Source: Phaeosaccion multiseriatum (lineage: Eukaryota > Protista > Ochrophyta, other classes). From it: a stretch of DNA of 64,000 nt. The stretch covers positions 6,758,001-6,822,000 of the forward strand of contig OZ218950.1 of assembly GCA_965112735.1 (NCBI GenBank), written 5' to 3'. Below the pieces are notes generated by a model that had not been told where the DNA came from, did no database searches, and saw only the letters and a program-made list of their open reading frames with translations. Every line of letters begins with the position of its first letter. The first letter of the stretch is position 1. The translations under genes were made by a program, and so were the position numbers. Below, one piece after another: positions 26,120 to 38,296 of this stretch.

Positions 26120-26749
26120 TCCATGAGAAGGTTCTTCGTCGTTGTCCTCACCAGCCCGCGTCCCCCCCTTGGCAGCAGCTCCTTCAGTCACCCCGGCTTT
26201 GCTCTTCCCGGGGCTGCCCTTGGCTTTCTTCGCAGAGGGTCCTTCACCCGCATTCTCTTCCTCGTCGTCTCCCGAGCCGCCGCCGTCGCCGCTGCTGCTC
26301 CCAACGGCCCTCTTTCGAGTGTTCGTCCCGTCGCTATCCCCATTCGCGGTCGCGGCTGTGGAGTCATCTGCAGCTGCCTCTCCGCTTTTCTTCTGCTCCT
26401 TCCTCGCTTGCCTCTTCTCCCTCTCGGCTTGGGCATCGTTTTCGGCCTTCTCCAATTTCTTCAGCGACTTTCGCGCCTTTCTCCCAAATGCTGTCGCTTC
26501 TTCTGTGGCCTTGACTAGACTGTCAACATTCTCTGGCGTATCTTGAAAGCCACTCAAAAGGGCTTCAACCCGCTCCGCCGCTTTTTTCGCCTTCTCTGCT
26601 TTGTCTCGCGCAGTGAGGCGGGCTGCTTTGATATCGTTGGCCACTCTCCCCCTCCTCCCTTTCTTCAGTTCAATTGCTATCGCGATGTCATTCTCCGCAG
26701 CACGGGCATCGTCCACTGCAATTCGCGCGGCGACCTCCACGTCCCCCAT
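25625..26749 (-). CDS. Hypothetical coiled-coil/low-complexity protein, single exon
   Basis: 374-aa ATG-initiated ORF with a charged helical N-terminus, lying between AT-rich intergenic stretches; no recognisable family. Confidence 0.6.
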
Positions 26750-27444
26750 TTGCGGTAAATCCCCTGCGGTAGATGGCGCTTCCTCCTCGTGTAAGCTTTC
26801 CTCCTCGTGTATGCTTTCCTCCTCGTGTAAGCTTGGGGGTGATGGCTCCTTATTTGGAGATCAAATCAAGGAGGAGGGAGGAGAAGCCAGCAGCAGCAAA
26901 GGAGAATATTTAACCATAGACAATTACGCAGTCCTTCCCTTCCTCCTCTCTCTCTCTGCTCCTCATTCATCTCCAAGCATTTCTGATGAACAATTTCCCT
27001 TCCCGCGCCCCGCATTTATTAACCAAACTGTATTCCGCATCCTTACTACAAAACCATATCACAAAAACCCCGCCCCCCTTTCTTTATTTCGTGCTCTCAT
27101 CTTACCTCCGCAGTGCGAATCAAATTTGCAGCAGTAGTATCAGCCGCAGTAGCATCCGTCATTGAAGTTAGCCTTCTTTTCGACAGTGTTGGAGATGTTG
27201 TTGAAATGCGAGCGGGTCTGGATTTTTGACAGCACAAAATGAGAGAGCCAACCGTGAGTTGGGGTGGAGCACCAACATGGAAAGCTGCTCCCACTTCCTT
27301 TCTCTTTCACCCTCATTTTATACTTCCCTCCTCTCCCTTCTATATAACCTATCCTCTGACTTCACTTCGCCATGCCTGCACAACAAGAGAAGGGGGTTTG
27401 GTGATGAGAGGGAGTGCGGGGTCCCTTCTTTCAGGAGCGAAGTC

Positions 27445-28764
27445 ATGCGAGCTCATTTTAGGGTTGTGGTGGCGGCGGCGATTGTTTTCCCCTTGACCAG
27501 CGGCTTTACTGGCATCATTGTCTCGAACAGCCCAGGAAGAGCAGCAGGATCAGCAGTGAGAAAAGCAGGGAGGCAAGCCGAGATAGCGTTGAAAGCGTCT
27601 CCGCAATCGCTTGTTGCCTCTGTGACCGCTATCGAGAAGGATGCAGAGGAAGGCGGCATTGAAACAATCCGAGGCATCAAGTGGAAGCACCTCACATTTG
27701 ACTCGTCGAGGGTGTTGCCTGTGGTAAGTGTAGGGCCTGAAAAAGAAACAAGGGTTCAGTGCAACGCTGGACTGAAGGTCTCACAAACCCACTCGGCTGC
27801 TAATTCCCTGCGACGTTGTGCCCCTTCAGAGTACGAAAAATGGAAGCGGGAATTGGCCTGCTTTGATCCTCGTCTGCCCCATCGGAGTAGGTCAGTGTCC
27901 CCCCCCCCTCGCTCCCAAGTGCTCACATGTCTAATTTGTATCACGAAGTCTCGCCCGTGGTAAACCCTTCCTCATCAAGCGATGACGTTCTTCTTGGTGC
28001 GAACTCAAGTCCTGTCCACCCTCAACTCCCCTGCCTGACTGACTCCCTCCAGGCATCAACCGCAGCTTCTTCTACCCGTTTCTCAAGGCTTGCAGAAAGC
28101 AGGGCCTCATCGAGGCACACGCACCAGGTCAGGGCTCCACTCTACTCAGATGGATGTCTTTTGTCGTGCACTTTGAGCACACGATGCCGATGCCTTTCGT
28201 TTCGTTGCTTGCCTCATCAGAGTCTTCCATCCATCCTTTCCAAACCCGCCTGCCCGTCCCTCCTCCTTCCCCTTCTCCCCCCGACACCGCAGAGCTACAG
28301 GGCCTGGGCAGCGCCACCCCCCTCCCTACTCGACAGGACCCGCCACTTACGTCCTGCCAATGGGCCGAGCAGCTTCTAGACTACACTACCAAACACGTCA
28401 CCCCTGGCAAGAACGTGAGTGCTTCCAACTGCGTATCAGGCTTTCTTCTGACGACAGTTACACGCACATGCACACGCACATGCACACGCACACGCACACG
28501 CACACACACACACACGCACACGCACACTCTCTGAAACGAGGCAAGCGGTGTCTTTGCCTCTGAGCTTTGTGAAGGTGTATGTCCCTATTCACCATGTCCT
28601 CCTCTTCACTCTCACGGGTCTGATCTCATCACCCCGAGTACTTCCCACTTGTCCCTCTCCGTTTTGTCACCCGTTTCTACCACTCCTGCTCTGCTCCGCC
28701 CCGCCAGATTGTCGTGGTCGGGCAGGGGGGTTGTGTGCCCATTGCATTAGAAATGTATGCACAA

Positions 28765-28808
<44 letters not shown>

Positions 28809-30397
28809 ATCGCCACCCGCTGCAGCAGGGGTCTCTCCTTCCATTTCCGGTCTCGTCTTAGTGGGCCCTCCGCGGATCGATCGCCTCGCCAACCCCAAGC
28901 CTCTGAAGAAGGTACTTTACGGCGAGCGAGCTGTCCTCGCATTTATCTTCACCTCATTCTTGTTGCGTGAGATTGTGAGCGTCACCTCATAGCCTCGCCC
29001 TTGCCCTATCGCCCACTCTCTCGCTGTGCCTTCGACCGCTACCATTGGCGTTATCTCCCTGCCCCCAAAGCGGTTGCGAGTGTACGGCCTCGCTCGATCT
29101 GTGCTGGGCTTTGCCTTTTATTGCTGGGCGAGAAGGAGAAAGTTCCTCGCAGACTTTTCGAAGAAGGAGTTGTTTGCGAAAGACGAGGTGAGATACCATT
29201 CATTGACTGACGTGCGAGGCACGGGCGGGGCCTTGGGGACTGGGCGCGCAGAGGGTTTCCCCCAAGAATTGGCTTGACGCTTTGATTTTGGGACTCCCTG
29301 CTGCATTGCATGGCTCTGCTGTGACTCTACCTCCCCAGACTCACTGTGATTACGCAGTACTGAATGTCCCAAAAAAAGGTGAAAAGGAATATTGCCCGCC
29401 CCTCCTCCGACCTGTGGCCTTGGTGCCCTCTGCTACCCTTGACCTATGCAATGCTGCTGCTGCTGCTGCTGCTGCTGCCCCCTCCCTTTCCTTTGCAGAA
29501 TGTCGACGCCCGCTGGTTGGATGCGTGTGAGAGTGACGCTGCGGACTCGCAGAAGCGCCACGCTGTCTTTTCTTTCCTCGTCGGGAACACCATAGACAAA
29601 GACTACACGTGAGGAGGCAGTTTGCAGGTTCATGTCAAGGAACAAGGGGTGGTAGGGGTGAGGGCGGGAGTGCGCCCTGGTTTCGGGCTTTTTCTCTTGG
29701 GCTTTATGTGATCCCAACCCCACCGATCATTGTGTTGTTCGCTCAGCCACTCAGTTAATGTTTGCTTTTAATTTGCTGGTTTGTTTATTTATTTATTTGC
29801 TTGTTTGTTTGTTTGTTTGTTTGTTTGTTTGTTTGTTTGTTTGTTTTCTTGGCTTGCTTGTTTGCTTATCTGTTTAATTTGTTTGGTTATTTGTTTGTTT
29901 GTTCACTTTCCTCCCAAGCGAGGTGCTGCGTGAGGTGCAAGTGCCCGTCTTGGTGCTGAGTGGCAACGATAATAAAAAAGTGCAAGACTTCTCCGAGAAG
30001 GCCAAGCAGGAGATACCCGCCCCCATCGACAAGGTCCGGGCCATTGCGGCGCTGCTGCCCGACGGGGAGGCTGGAGTCGTATCGGGTGAGTGACTGGCTG
30101 CTGCTCTGGCTGCGGAGGGGGAAATGTCGGCGGGGTTCGAATTTAATTTTTGATAATTATTAAAATTATTGACCGGGGAAGACAACGTCCCACAAACATC
30201 ACACCTTGTCGGCCTGCTCAGCGTGACCTCACGACCCCTTCACCCTTCATGACTACTTGTTCTCACACCCACCCACATCCTCCACCCCCCCCTCTCCCCC
30301 CGATACGACCGTAGGCTGGAATGTGGTTCCCTACGAAGAGCCCCAGGCGCTGCTGGACACGGTTACAGAATTTTTGGAGCGGAAATGCAAAGCGTAG
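27445..30397 (+). CDS. Probable plastid-targeted alpha/beta-hydrolase-fold protein, multi-exon
   Basis: Signal peptide 'MRAHFRVVVAAAIVFPLTSG|F'; hydrolase-like segments 'LPHRSR...W', 'ELQGLGS', 'IVVVGQGG', 'VQVPVLVLSG', 'GWNVVPYEEPQALLDTVTEFL'. Confidence 0.7.
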
Positions 30398-30445
30398 TGG
30401 GGAGGGGGGCGGCGAGGAAGAGCTTCCAGGCACAGCGCTGGTGCT

Positions 30446-30674
30446 AGGGCACAGAGAAGAGGACAAGCGGGGAGTGGATCAAGAGGACGGGAGGGGAGAG
30501 GCGAGAAACGGGAGTGGCTTGGACGGCTACATTTTTCTAACACAGATCACGGGCAACTTCCAACTGAACTTCCAGCGATCTGCGTTAGGAAAATATACCC
30601 GGCCGCTCCAGTTTCTCCCCTCTCTCCTCCCGTCCTCTTGATCCACTCCCCACTTGTCCTCTTCTCTGTGCCCT
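30446..30674. repeat. Long imperfect inverted repeat (arms 30446-30548 and 30577-30674); MITE/foldback or hairpin RNA
   Basis: Left arm AGGGCACAGAGAAGAGGACAAGCGGGGAGTGGATCAAGAGGACGGGAGG is the near-exact reverse complement of the right arm's outer half. Confidence 0.9.
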
Positions 30675-30702
30675 CTCAAAGGGCAGTGTGCTGCACTCCC
30701 TA

Positions 30703-30806
30703 TAAAAGCCGGATTTGTCGTGCTTTGTGAGCACCTTGACTGCTTCAGGACCGCAACACGCTCTCCTCTGTACCATATTCGACAGGCGGTGGAACTTACG
30801 AGGCAT
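30703..30806. repeat. ~105-bp direct repeat, copy 1 (copy 2 at 32138-32242)
   Basis: TAAAAGCCGGATTTGTCGTGC...AGGCAT is near-identical in both copies. Confidence 0.95.
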
Positions 30807-31306
30807 TTGTTTTTTTTTCAATTAATTAAATTAATTTTAATTAAAATGCGTGAGGACTTTCAATCGAAAACGACGCTGCTCGAACCCTTCCCCTTTGCCG
30901 TCGCTGTAGCGGCACTCTCCTTCCGTGCCTCCTCCTCCGGGATCCAGGTATCGTGGCATGACAGCTGTGGGAGGGGGAGGGTTGAAGCCCCCTCCTGGCT
31001 TCGGGCTTCTGGTCGCAGCCAGGCCAGACGGTCTGGCTTCTGGCTTCTCAGGCTGGGCTGCTGTCCTGCTGGCTTCCAGGCCCAGTCAGTTATTTAGTGC
31101 GGTTTAAGGTGAGGAAATTGGCTTTTATTTTGTACTTCGATAATTTTATGTACTTCAATACTTACGGTAAATGCCGGTTGGGATTTCTGAATCGTCTTTT
31201 CGTGACGGAACCCAGGTTCCGCGCTCCTTCCCTCAACAACACAACACTACCTTTGCTGCGGTAATATATATACGAGGACCTGCCTGCTGTCATGGCTGCT
31301 GGTGGA

Positions 31307-31969
31307 ATGAAGACAACCGTGCTGGCATCCCTGTGCCTCACCGCTTTGATCCTTTTGTCTCAGATCGACGGGGGCGAGACTGCGACCTGCAAGTACTGGG
31401 ACGGCAGGGCGCCCTTTTGCAATGGCAGCTGCCCTAGCAACTGCAAGACCGTCACCAGCAGCAAGAGGGGCAACGGAGCTACCTGCTGGAGCGGCCGTAA
31501 GCGACTGTGCGACTGCTGCATCGAGCAGGACCTCTGCACCCCAACGCAAACATCCGCCAAGTGCTATGGTGTAGTGCTCGTTTGCAGAAATGAGCAGCTC
31601 ACCATCGACTTCACCGGACGCACGAGAACGAAGACATGCTCCGCTTACGTATGCGGTGGCTGCATCGGGTTCCCATTCCGCCGTAGGGCTCGGCATTTGG
31701 AGTATTCCTCTTCTGACGATGAAGAAGAAGAGGACACGACCTGTGGCGATAACATCTCGGCGAGGATCAACCCTTTCGGCGAGGACATTGTGGAGGATGT
31801 CGGAGTTGACTTGCTGACCGAAGAGGATGTGGAGGCTCTGATCGTGGCAACGTACGGCACTCCCCTTACAGATGCAGAGGAGGCTAACACTGTACGCGTG
31901 GGCTTGACCGAGCCTATTGTGCCACCTGGAGGAGCTGATGACTGTGGCGACTGCACCTGTGAGTCATGA
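31307..31969 (+). CDS. Intronless secreted cysteine-rich protein precursor
   Basis: Signal peptide 'MKTTVLASLCLTALILL', Cys-rich core 'CKYWDGRAPFCNGSCP...GNGATCWSGRKRLCDCC', basic 'RRRAR' site and acidic tail. An alternative in-frame ATG lies at 31292. Confidence 0.8.
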   Translation: MKTTVLASLCLTALILLSQIDGGETATCKYWDGRAPFCNGSCPSNCKTVTSSKRGNGATCWSGRKRLCDCCIEQDLCTPTQTSAKCYGVVLVCRNEQLTIDFTGRTRTKTCSAYVCGGCIGFPFRRRARHLEYSSSDDEEEEDTTCGDNISARINPFGEDIVEDVGVDLLTEEDVEALIVATYGTPLTDAEEANTVRVGLTEPIVPPGGADDCGDCTCES

Positions 31970-32137
31970 GAAGATGCACGACAAGGAACGGACCCTTGCC
32001 CGCTAACTAACCGTTGCCGCCAGGACGCAAACTTCGGTGCTGACCAAGAAGAAGGCTTGTTGCGATGTCTTCCCCATATTACAAGTGTGTGTGGCTGTGT
32101 GTGTGTGTGTGTGTGTCCTCGGCCCTACGCACGACTG

Positions 32138-32242
32138 TAAAAGCCGGATTTGTCGTGCTTTGTGAGCACCTTGACTGCTTCAGGACCGCAACGCGCTCTC
32201 CTCTGTACCATATTCGACAGTCGGTGGAATCTTACAAGGCAT
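32138..32242. repeat. ~105-bp direct repeat, copy 2
   Basis: Matches 30703-30806. Confidence 0.95.
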
Positions 32243-32319
32243 GTAGTTGTTCTTTTCAATTATTTTTTTAATCAGTAGAATAACATAAAAAGTAAAATAG
32301 ATTGTGCAATGATTAGCCT

Positions 32320-33041
32320 TTATGAAACGAATATGTGTCCGCCACGACAGCCATGTAGCACCATCTTCTCCCCAAGGACTGCGTGTACCTCTTCTTCAGA
32401 GTCGAAACGAACCTGGTTGAAGACGGAGCGAGAGAAGGAGGGGGGCGGATAGTAACGCCGAAGAGACATGCTGGGAGGAGAGCGGAGCGCCGAGAGGCGA
32501 GCGCAGGGTCCTGGTTTGGGAGGGGGGATGTGAGGTGGTGGGAAGGCAGTGGATGGCAGGAGAGGGGAGGGATGGTGTAGTCCCGAGGGAGAGCTGCACG
32601 CCAGCGGGTGCTCTTGTGCTGAAGCGCGCATTCTTGGCGTCTGGGCAATGGCGTAGTAGGAGCTCTCCCGGAGACTGTCTCGTACACTCTGGACAGTGTC
32701 TTCCTTAGCAACATGAAGGTGGAGAAGAGCCTGAGGGAGGGAGATCTGAGTGGGCATAGGCAGGGAGTAGGAACGGAGCAAGAAAGGCCAAGCAACAAGG
32801 GGAAGGGAAGATGACGTTAGGTACACACAGAAGTGACTGGGGGAGACAGCAGGACTGGCGAGAAAATTAGGAGGGGCCCGGTGAGGGAAATGCTGAATCT
32901 GTCTGGCATGCAAAGAAGCTTCCTCTCCAGGTCCACCACAGCCCCCTCCAGTACGCGGTGTGTCTCTGGATCAATGGACCCTTCCCCTTTGCCGTCGCTG
33001 TAGCGGCACTCTCCTTCCGTGTTTATCTTGTACCGTACCAT
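32320..33041 (-). pseudogene. Possible degenerate small gene with ubiquitin-like fragments
   Basis: Pieces 'MVRY...RFSISLTG', 'LHLHVAKEDTVQSVRDSL' and 'MVLHGCRGG' loosely echo ubiquitin. Acceptor-like sites are present but good donors are lacking. Confidence 0.25.
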
Positions 33042-33392
33042 AGCTGTATAAAAAAGAAAAAAAGGAAACAAAAGAAAGAAATAAAAAAATTACTATTATA
33101 GGGATGGCACTCGACGGAGGCACCCCCTTCCCCTCCCCCCTACTAAAGCCCTTTCTTTTTTTCCTCCTCGCCCTCCTCACTCCTCCCCTTCCCGATCGCA
33201 CCCCGTTCTTCTCCTCCCCCTTTCCTCTTGTTTCCTCTCTTTTCCTCCTTTCTTTCATCCGAAGAAGGCTGAGTGATTGAGTACTTCATCGAAGGGAGCT
33301 CGTGGGAGACGAGCCAGGAGGAGGAGGAATTCTCGGCTCCACTCATGCTACAATAGGATACAAGCTCAGGGGGAGGGGCTGGGCGGGGGGCT

Positions 33393-36183
33393 AATGGCCC
33401 TCCGGCAGGGGGTCAGAGCGGGAGGAATAGCACGGGGAGGCAATGGTGGTGGTAAGGCGGCCGGCAGCAGTACAGCGGTCGCCACTCCACAGGACAAGAT
33501 CCAGGCGCTGCAGAAGGCAGAGCGCTTGGTTTCGCTCATTGTGCGGGCCTTCTATGAGGACGACGTGATTCTTGTGACGGACGTGCTCATCACGGAGAAG
33601 TACCTCCGGGACCGAGACGACGACCTTGGTGACCGACTAAACCTCGCCCCGAAGCAGGTACGGGGCAGGAAACAGGAAGGGGATGAGAGCAGGGGCAATG
33701 GCTTGTAGGTTTCATGCTTTCATGGCACCGGGTAGCTGCCAACGAGTGGGCCGGAAGAGTAGGGGAATTGCTAATAGGGGGGTTGTTTGGAGCGCGAGTG
33801 AGGGCGTGATGGAGTGAGAACGAACACCCCGTGTCAGCACCATGGCAGAGCACGGCGCAGCATCCTTCCTAAGCCTTGGTGCCCAACCAAAGAAAAGCCA
33901 CCAATAGACACCAGGCCGTGGCCTCATCCCCATACCCATACCCATATTCCTCACACCCGCTGAGGACAACACCTCCTCCCTCCCTCCCTCACTCCCTCCC
34001 TCCCTCCCTCCCTCCCTCCCTCCCTCCCTCCCTCCCTCCCTCCCTCCCTTCATTCCTTCCTTCCTTCCTTCCTTCCTTCCTTCCTTCCTTCCTTCCTTCC
34101 TCCCGCCCGCCCTACCTCCCTCCCTCCCTCCCTCCTTCCCTTCCTCTCCCTCACTCCCTCCCCTCCTTCCTTCCTCCCTCCCCTCCGCTGCTGCAGGTGC
34201 GGGCCGTGCTCGCCCGGCTGGAGCTGGATGGGCTCGTGTCGCAGGAGAATATGTCTGACGAGTTCTTCGGAAGCAGGCCTGCCAACTACTACTACATCGA
34301 CTACAAACACGCCGTCGACGTCATCAGGCTCAGAGTCTACATCATGCAGGTACGTAAGACTTCAGTAAGGGCTGCTGCTTTTGGGGCTGGTGCATGCTCT
34401 CTCTCTAGTACAACACTTGACCGACCGACCGACCGGCCACCTCCTTCTTATCCAACTTGACCGACCGGCCACCTCCTTCTTATCCAAGAACGAACGATCG
34501 CACGCACCATCGAAAACCCCAGCCCGAGCCGTCCCGTCTCTTTTCCATGTTGTGTTGTTGCATGTGCTCGACTCAACCACCGCTTGTTGTTGTTGTCTTT
34601 CTTTTGTGTAAATCAATAACCCCACGTCCCTCCCTTTGCCCTACCTACCCCACCCACCCCCTGCAGCAACGTCTCAAGGCGGCGGAGGCCCGCGCCCTAC
34701 TGCAGCAGAACTACAAATGCCCCATATGCGACGCTACGTGAGTCACCCCCTCCCTCCCTCCTCCTCTTCCTCCTCCTCCTCCTCCTCCTCCTCCTCCTCC
34801 TCCTCCTCCTCCTCCTCCTCCTCCCTCCTCTCCTCCACCCCTCCCAGCAGCCATTCATTCGCAACCCCCGACTCCCTCGAGGGCGTCGCTTTGCTTTGCT
34901 TTGCCGCCACTGAACCTCTGGTCCGTCCATCCCCCCTATTTCCCCATCTCCCGCACCGCTGTCCAATGCATGGGCATTGTAATTGATTACATGGCGTCCC
35001 CACCTCACCTCAGCTACGGTGCCATGGAGATCCATCGCCTCATGAATGCCGCTGGGGGCTTCTGCTGCAGTCACTGCTGCGAGTTTGACACGCACGAGAA
35101 CTGCGGTGGGCATGTCCCGCACAGCCTTGTGGAGCAGGTACATTGCATAGGGATGGCAGTGGATGGAGGGCAGTGCATGGATGGCAGCGGATGGAGAGCA
35201 GTGGGCATTTCTTTCTCGTGATGCCCCCTCTCCTGCCCCTCACTCATGGAAGGCCTCGAGAATTTCCTTTCCAGGGGGGAGGGAGAAGCGACTTCTCGAG
35301 AAGCTCTCTTCTCTTTTTGTGTTTCTGCGGTTTGTCGGCCGATGTTCCCTGAACCCAGCCAGTCGCGTTCTCTCCTTCTCGTCCTGCCCTCTCCCTCTCC
35401 CTCTATTCGCCTCCTCTTCTCCCCATCCTCTCCCTCAGGACTCAACAACAGGGCTCACAGATGCCAAACGCAACCTCCGCATGCTGAATGAGCAACTCAC
35501 TGCGAGCTCAGACCCGATAAACTGCGAACGGGGAGGGATCCTCGAGCTCGTCAACGACCTCAGGGACCAACCCGTTCCCAGCAACCTCCCCTCTGAGCTC
35601 CGAGCGAGAGGAGTGGGTGGGAAACTGGGCACCGGAGCATCGGCGGCCAAGGCGGCAGCTCGCTTCGACGACGGCATCGATAGCATTGTGCGAGGCGCGG
35701 GGGGGGGTAGCAGAGGCTGGGGGGGTGCAGGTGTTGGAGGGGGGGCAGGAGGAGGGATAGGAGGGAGGAAGCGGAGAGGAGACGGACTTGCAGCGGATGT
35801 CCACATGCAGAAGGTGTATTCGCGCAACCGGAGAGGGCAGGAGATTGTCGTGGAGATGGAGGCCAACAGCGAGGATGAGGAGGAGGAGGAGCATATGAAG
35901 GGGGTGGTGCCCACCAAGGGACAGGTACGAAGGAGGTTCAGGACAGCAAGTCGCCGTGTGGCGCTGTTGGAGGGGGGGGGGGGGGAAGGAGGAGAGAGGG
36001 AGGAGGAGAGAGGGAGGAGGAGAGGGGGTGGAGGGAGCAGGGCGTGGGGTGTGGGACTTAGGGTATTGTGCGTATGGACGGAGGAGGTGGTCCACACTGG
36101 AGGGTAGTGCAAAGTATGCACAAGTGTCTTTTCTCTCTCTCTCTCTCCCTTCTTTGCTACGGCCGAGACTGAAAAAGACAAGC

Positions 36184-36229
<46 letters not shown>

Positions 36230-36581
36230 GCTTACTTTTGGTGCTGTTGTTATTGTTGTCGCTACTGCTGCTGTGTTGTTTTTTGTGCTCCTTAGATAAA
36301 GAGGGAGGCGGAAGCGAAGAGGAAGGATGCCGAGGCCCTCGCTAGGAGGATGAAAAAGTCTCAACCCTCCTTCCTCAAGGGCAGTCGAATATCCGGCACA
36401 GGGCTGGAAGAGGAGGAAGAGGAGAAGGAGGGGGGGGGGGGGGGCAATGACCAAGGCCAGGGCGTTGTCCACGCCAACGGGGGGGGTGGGGCAGGAGGGG
36501 CGAGTGGTACAGCAACTTACCAGCAGCAGGCAGTGACCAAGCCACAGTTACAAGCGGGGGCAAACGGCACGGGGGGGGTTA

Positions 36582-36628
<47 letters not shown>

Positions 36629-37270
36629 GAGGAGGAGCATGCAGAGAACGGGACAGAAGGGGGGGGTGGACCTTCTACTTCATCCTCCTCGCGGCGCTTC
36701 AATTCACTCATGCAAGTCGAGGACGGCGTGGTCCTGGTGAGAAGCACCTCCAGTCTCTTGTCCGACGAGGCAAAGTATATGCGTTTCAGAAAAACGTATG
36801 TGAAGGAGCTGAAACGGCAGAGGAGGATCTTGAACAACGCGGCAAGGGCGAAGGCGGCCCTGGAGCAAGCACAGGAGGAGGAGGAGGAGGAGGAGGAGGG
36901 AGGAGGGATGGGGGAGGGTGGGGAAAGGGACGACGAAGGAACTACTGATAGGGAAGCAGACGAGGAGTGGGAGGACGTCTTGAATGGGAAGGACGATGAA
37001 CAAGGAGAAGACGGCAGTGACGGTGACAACAATGGCAGCGACACGCAGGAGGGGGAGGAGCCCCTCCGATTGGACTTGCAGGGCTTCTCTGCAGAGGAGC
37101 TGCAAGGAATCGTGCTGGAGCTGGGGGAGGGGCCGGCGAAGAAGACGGTACCCCTGGGGGAGGTGCGCCTCTCCTCTTTGGAGGAAATGACCGCAGAGCA
37201 GTTCCAGGCTTTCTACGACCTCACCCAGACCCGAGCGTCGGATGGAGGAATTGCTCCGGGGCTGGGCTGA
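33393..37270 (+). CDS. GTF2E1: General transcription factor TFIIE alpha subunit, multi-exon
   Basis: 'LIVRAFY', winged helix 'KQVRAVLARLELDGLV', 'YYYIDYKHAVDVIRLRV', Zn ribbon 'YKCPIC...FCCSHC', and C-terminal 'EEMTAEQFQAFYD'. Confidence 0.9.
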
Positions 37271-38255
37271 AGTGAGAGGGGGAGGAGGGGGAGGAGGAGG
37301 AGGAGGAGGAGGAGGAGGAGAGAAGGGGGGGGGGGGGGCGGGAGAGGAGGAGCAGGAAGAGGAGAAGGGAGAAGAAGCAGATCAAGCTTTGTGGCTCTGA
37401 TGGATGCACACCATTTCTTGGGCAGGGCTTGCTTGCGTTGCGGCCAACGGTTTAAGTACTAATGTCAACACTTTCACCCACTGCGCGTGTGTCGTAGCTG
37501 AGAGAGGGGCGGGGTGAGGTGAAGGGATCCTTTGCTGTCGATTGCTCACGACAATCTCCCTAACGAGGCAGAGCCACCGCAGCACCCCCCCCCCCCCCCC
37601 ACACACACACACACGCACACACGCACGCACACACAAACAGCCCATTGCTATGCTAGCTACTTACTGACTTACTGACTGTCTGGGGTGTGTGTGTTCCCTG
37701 CGGTAGTCCAGGGATAGATGCGTGCATACCCACCAGCGGCGGCGATGAGGCAGAGGAAATACAGTGGGTAGTCAGTCTCGTTCAATCAAAAGCATTTATT
37801 TATCTTTCGGTTACCTTTCCTCTCTCTCTCTCTCTCTCTCTCTCTTGCCTCTCACTGCTACTTACTTGGGCATTTGTCTCGACCCTTTGTCTTTGCCATC
37901 TGTGTCTCTACTTATACTATCTACTCTCCTACTTGCTTCGTCCGATGCTCGCCACTAGCTGCCATCACCTTCCCCACCTACTCCTCCGGTCCCGTGTGCC
38001 GTAATACTCGGGAGATGGGTTCGAACAAACACAAACGACAAGCCAAGGCTGTCATAGTTTGGCACGCTCCAACGCCTACCAAGAAAACACATAGCACATA
38101 CACATGTACAGAAACTATCGCCGACGGGACGGGCGGCAAAAGAGGCAGAGCTGCGCCCACCCCTACCCACCCCTCATCGCTTCTCGATACTCTCCCCCTC
38201 TGCTGTCACCACCACCACCACCACCACCACCACCGCACGCACGCACTCTCTGTCC

Positions 38256-38296
<41 letters not shown>

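Noticed and set aside
32138-32242. U6 snRNA-like gene on the minus strand (ACAGAG, ~105 nt, ends in TTTT)
   Set aside because: Lacks the conserved AAGAUUAGCAUGGCCCCUG continuation and a clear 5' stem-loop; the resemblance is probably chance.
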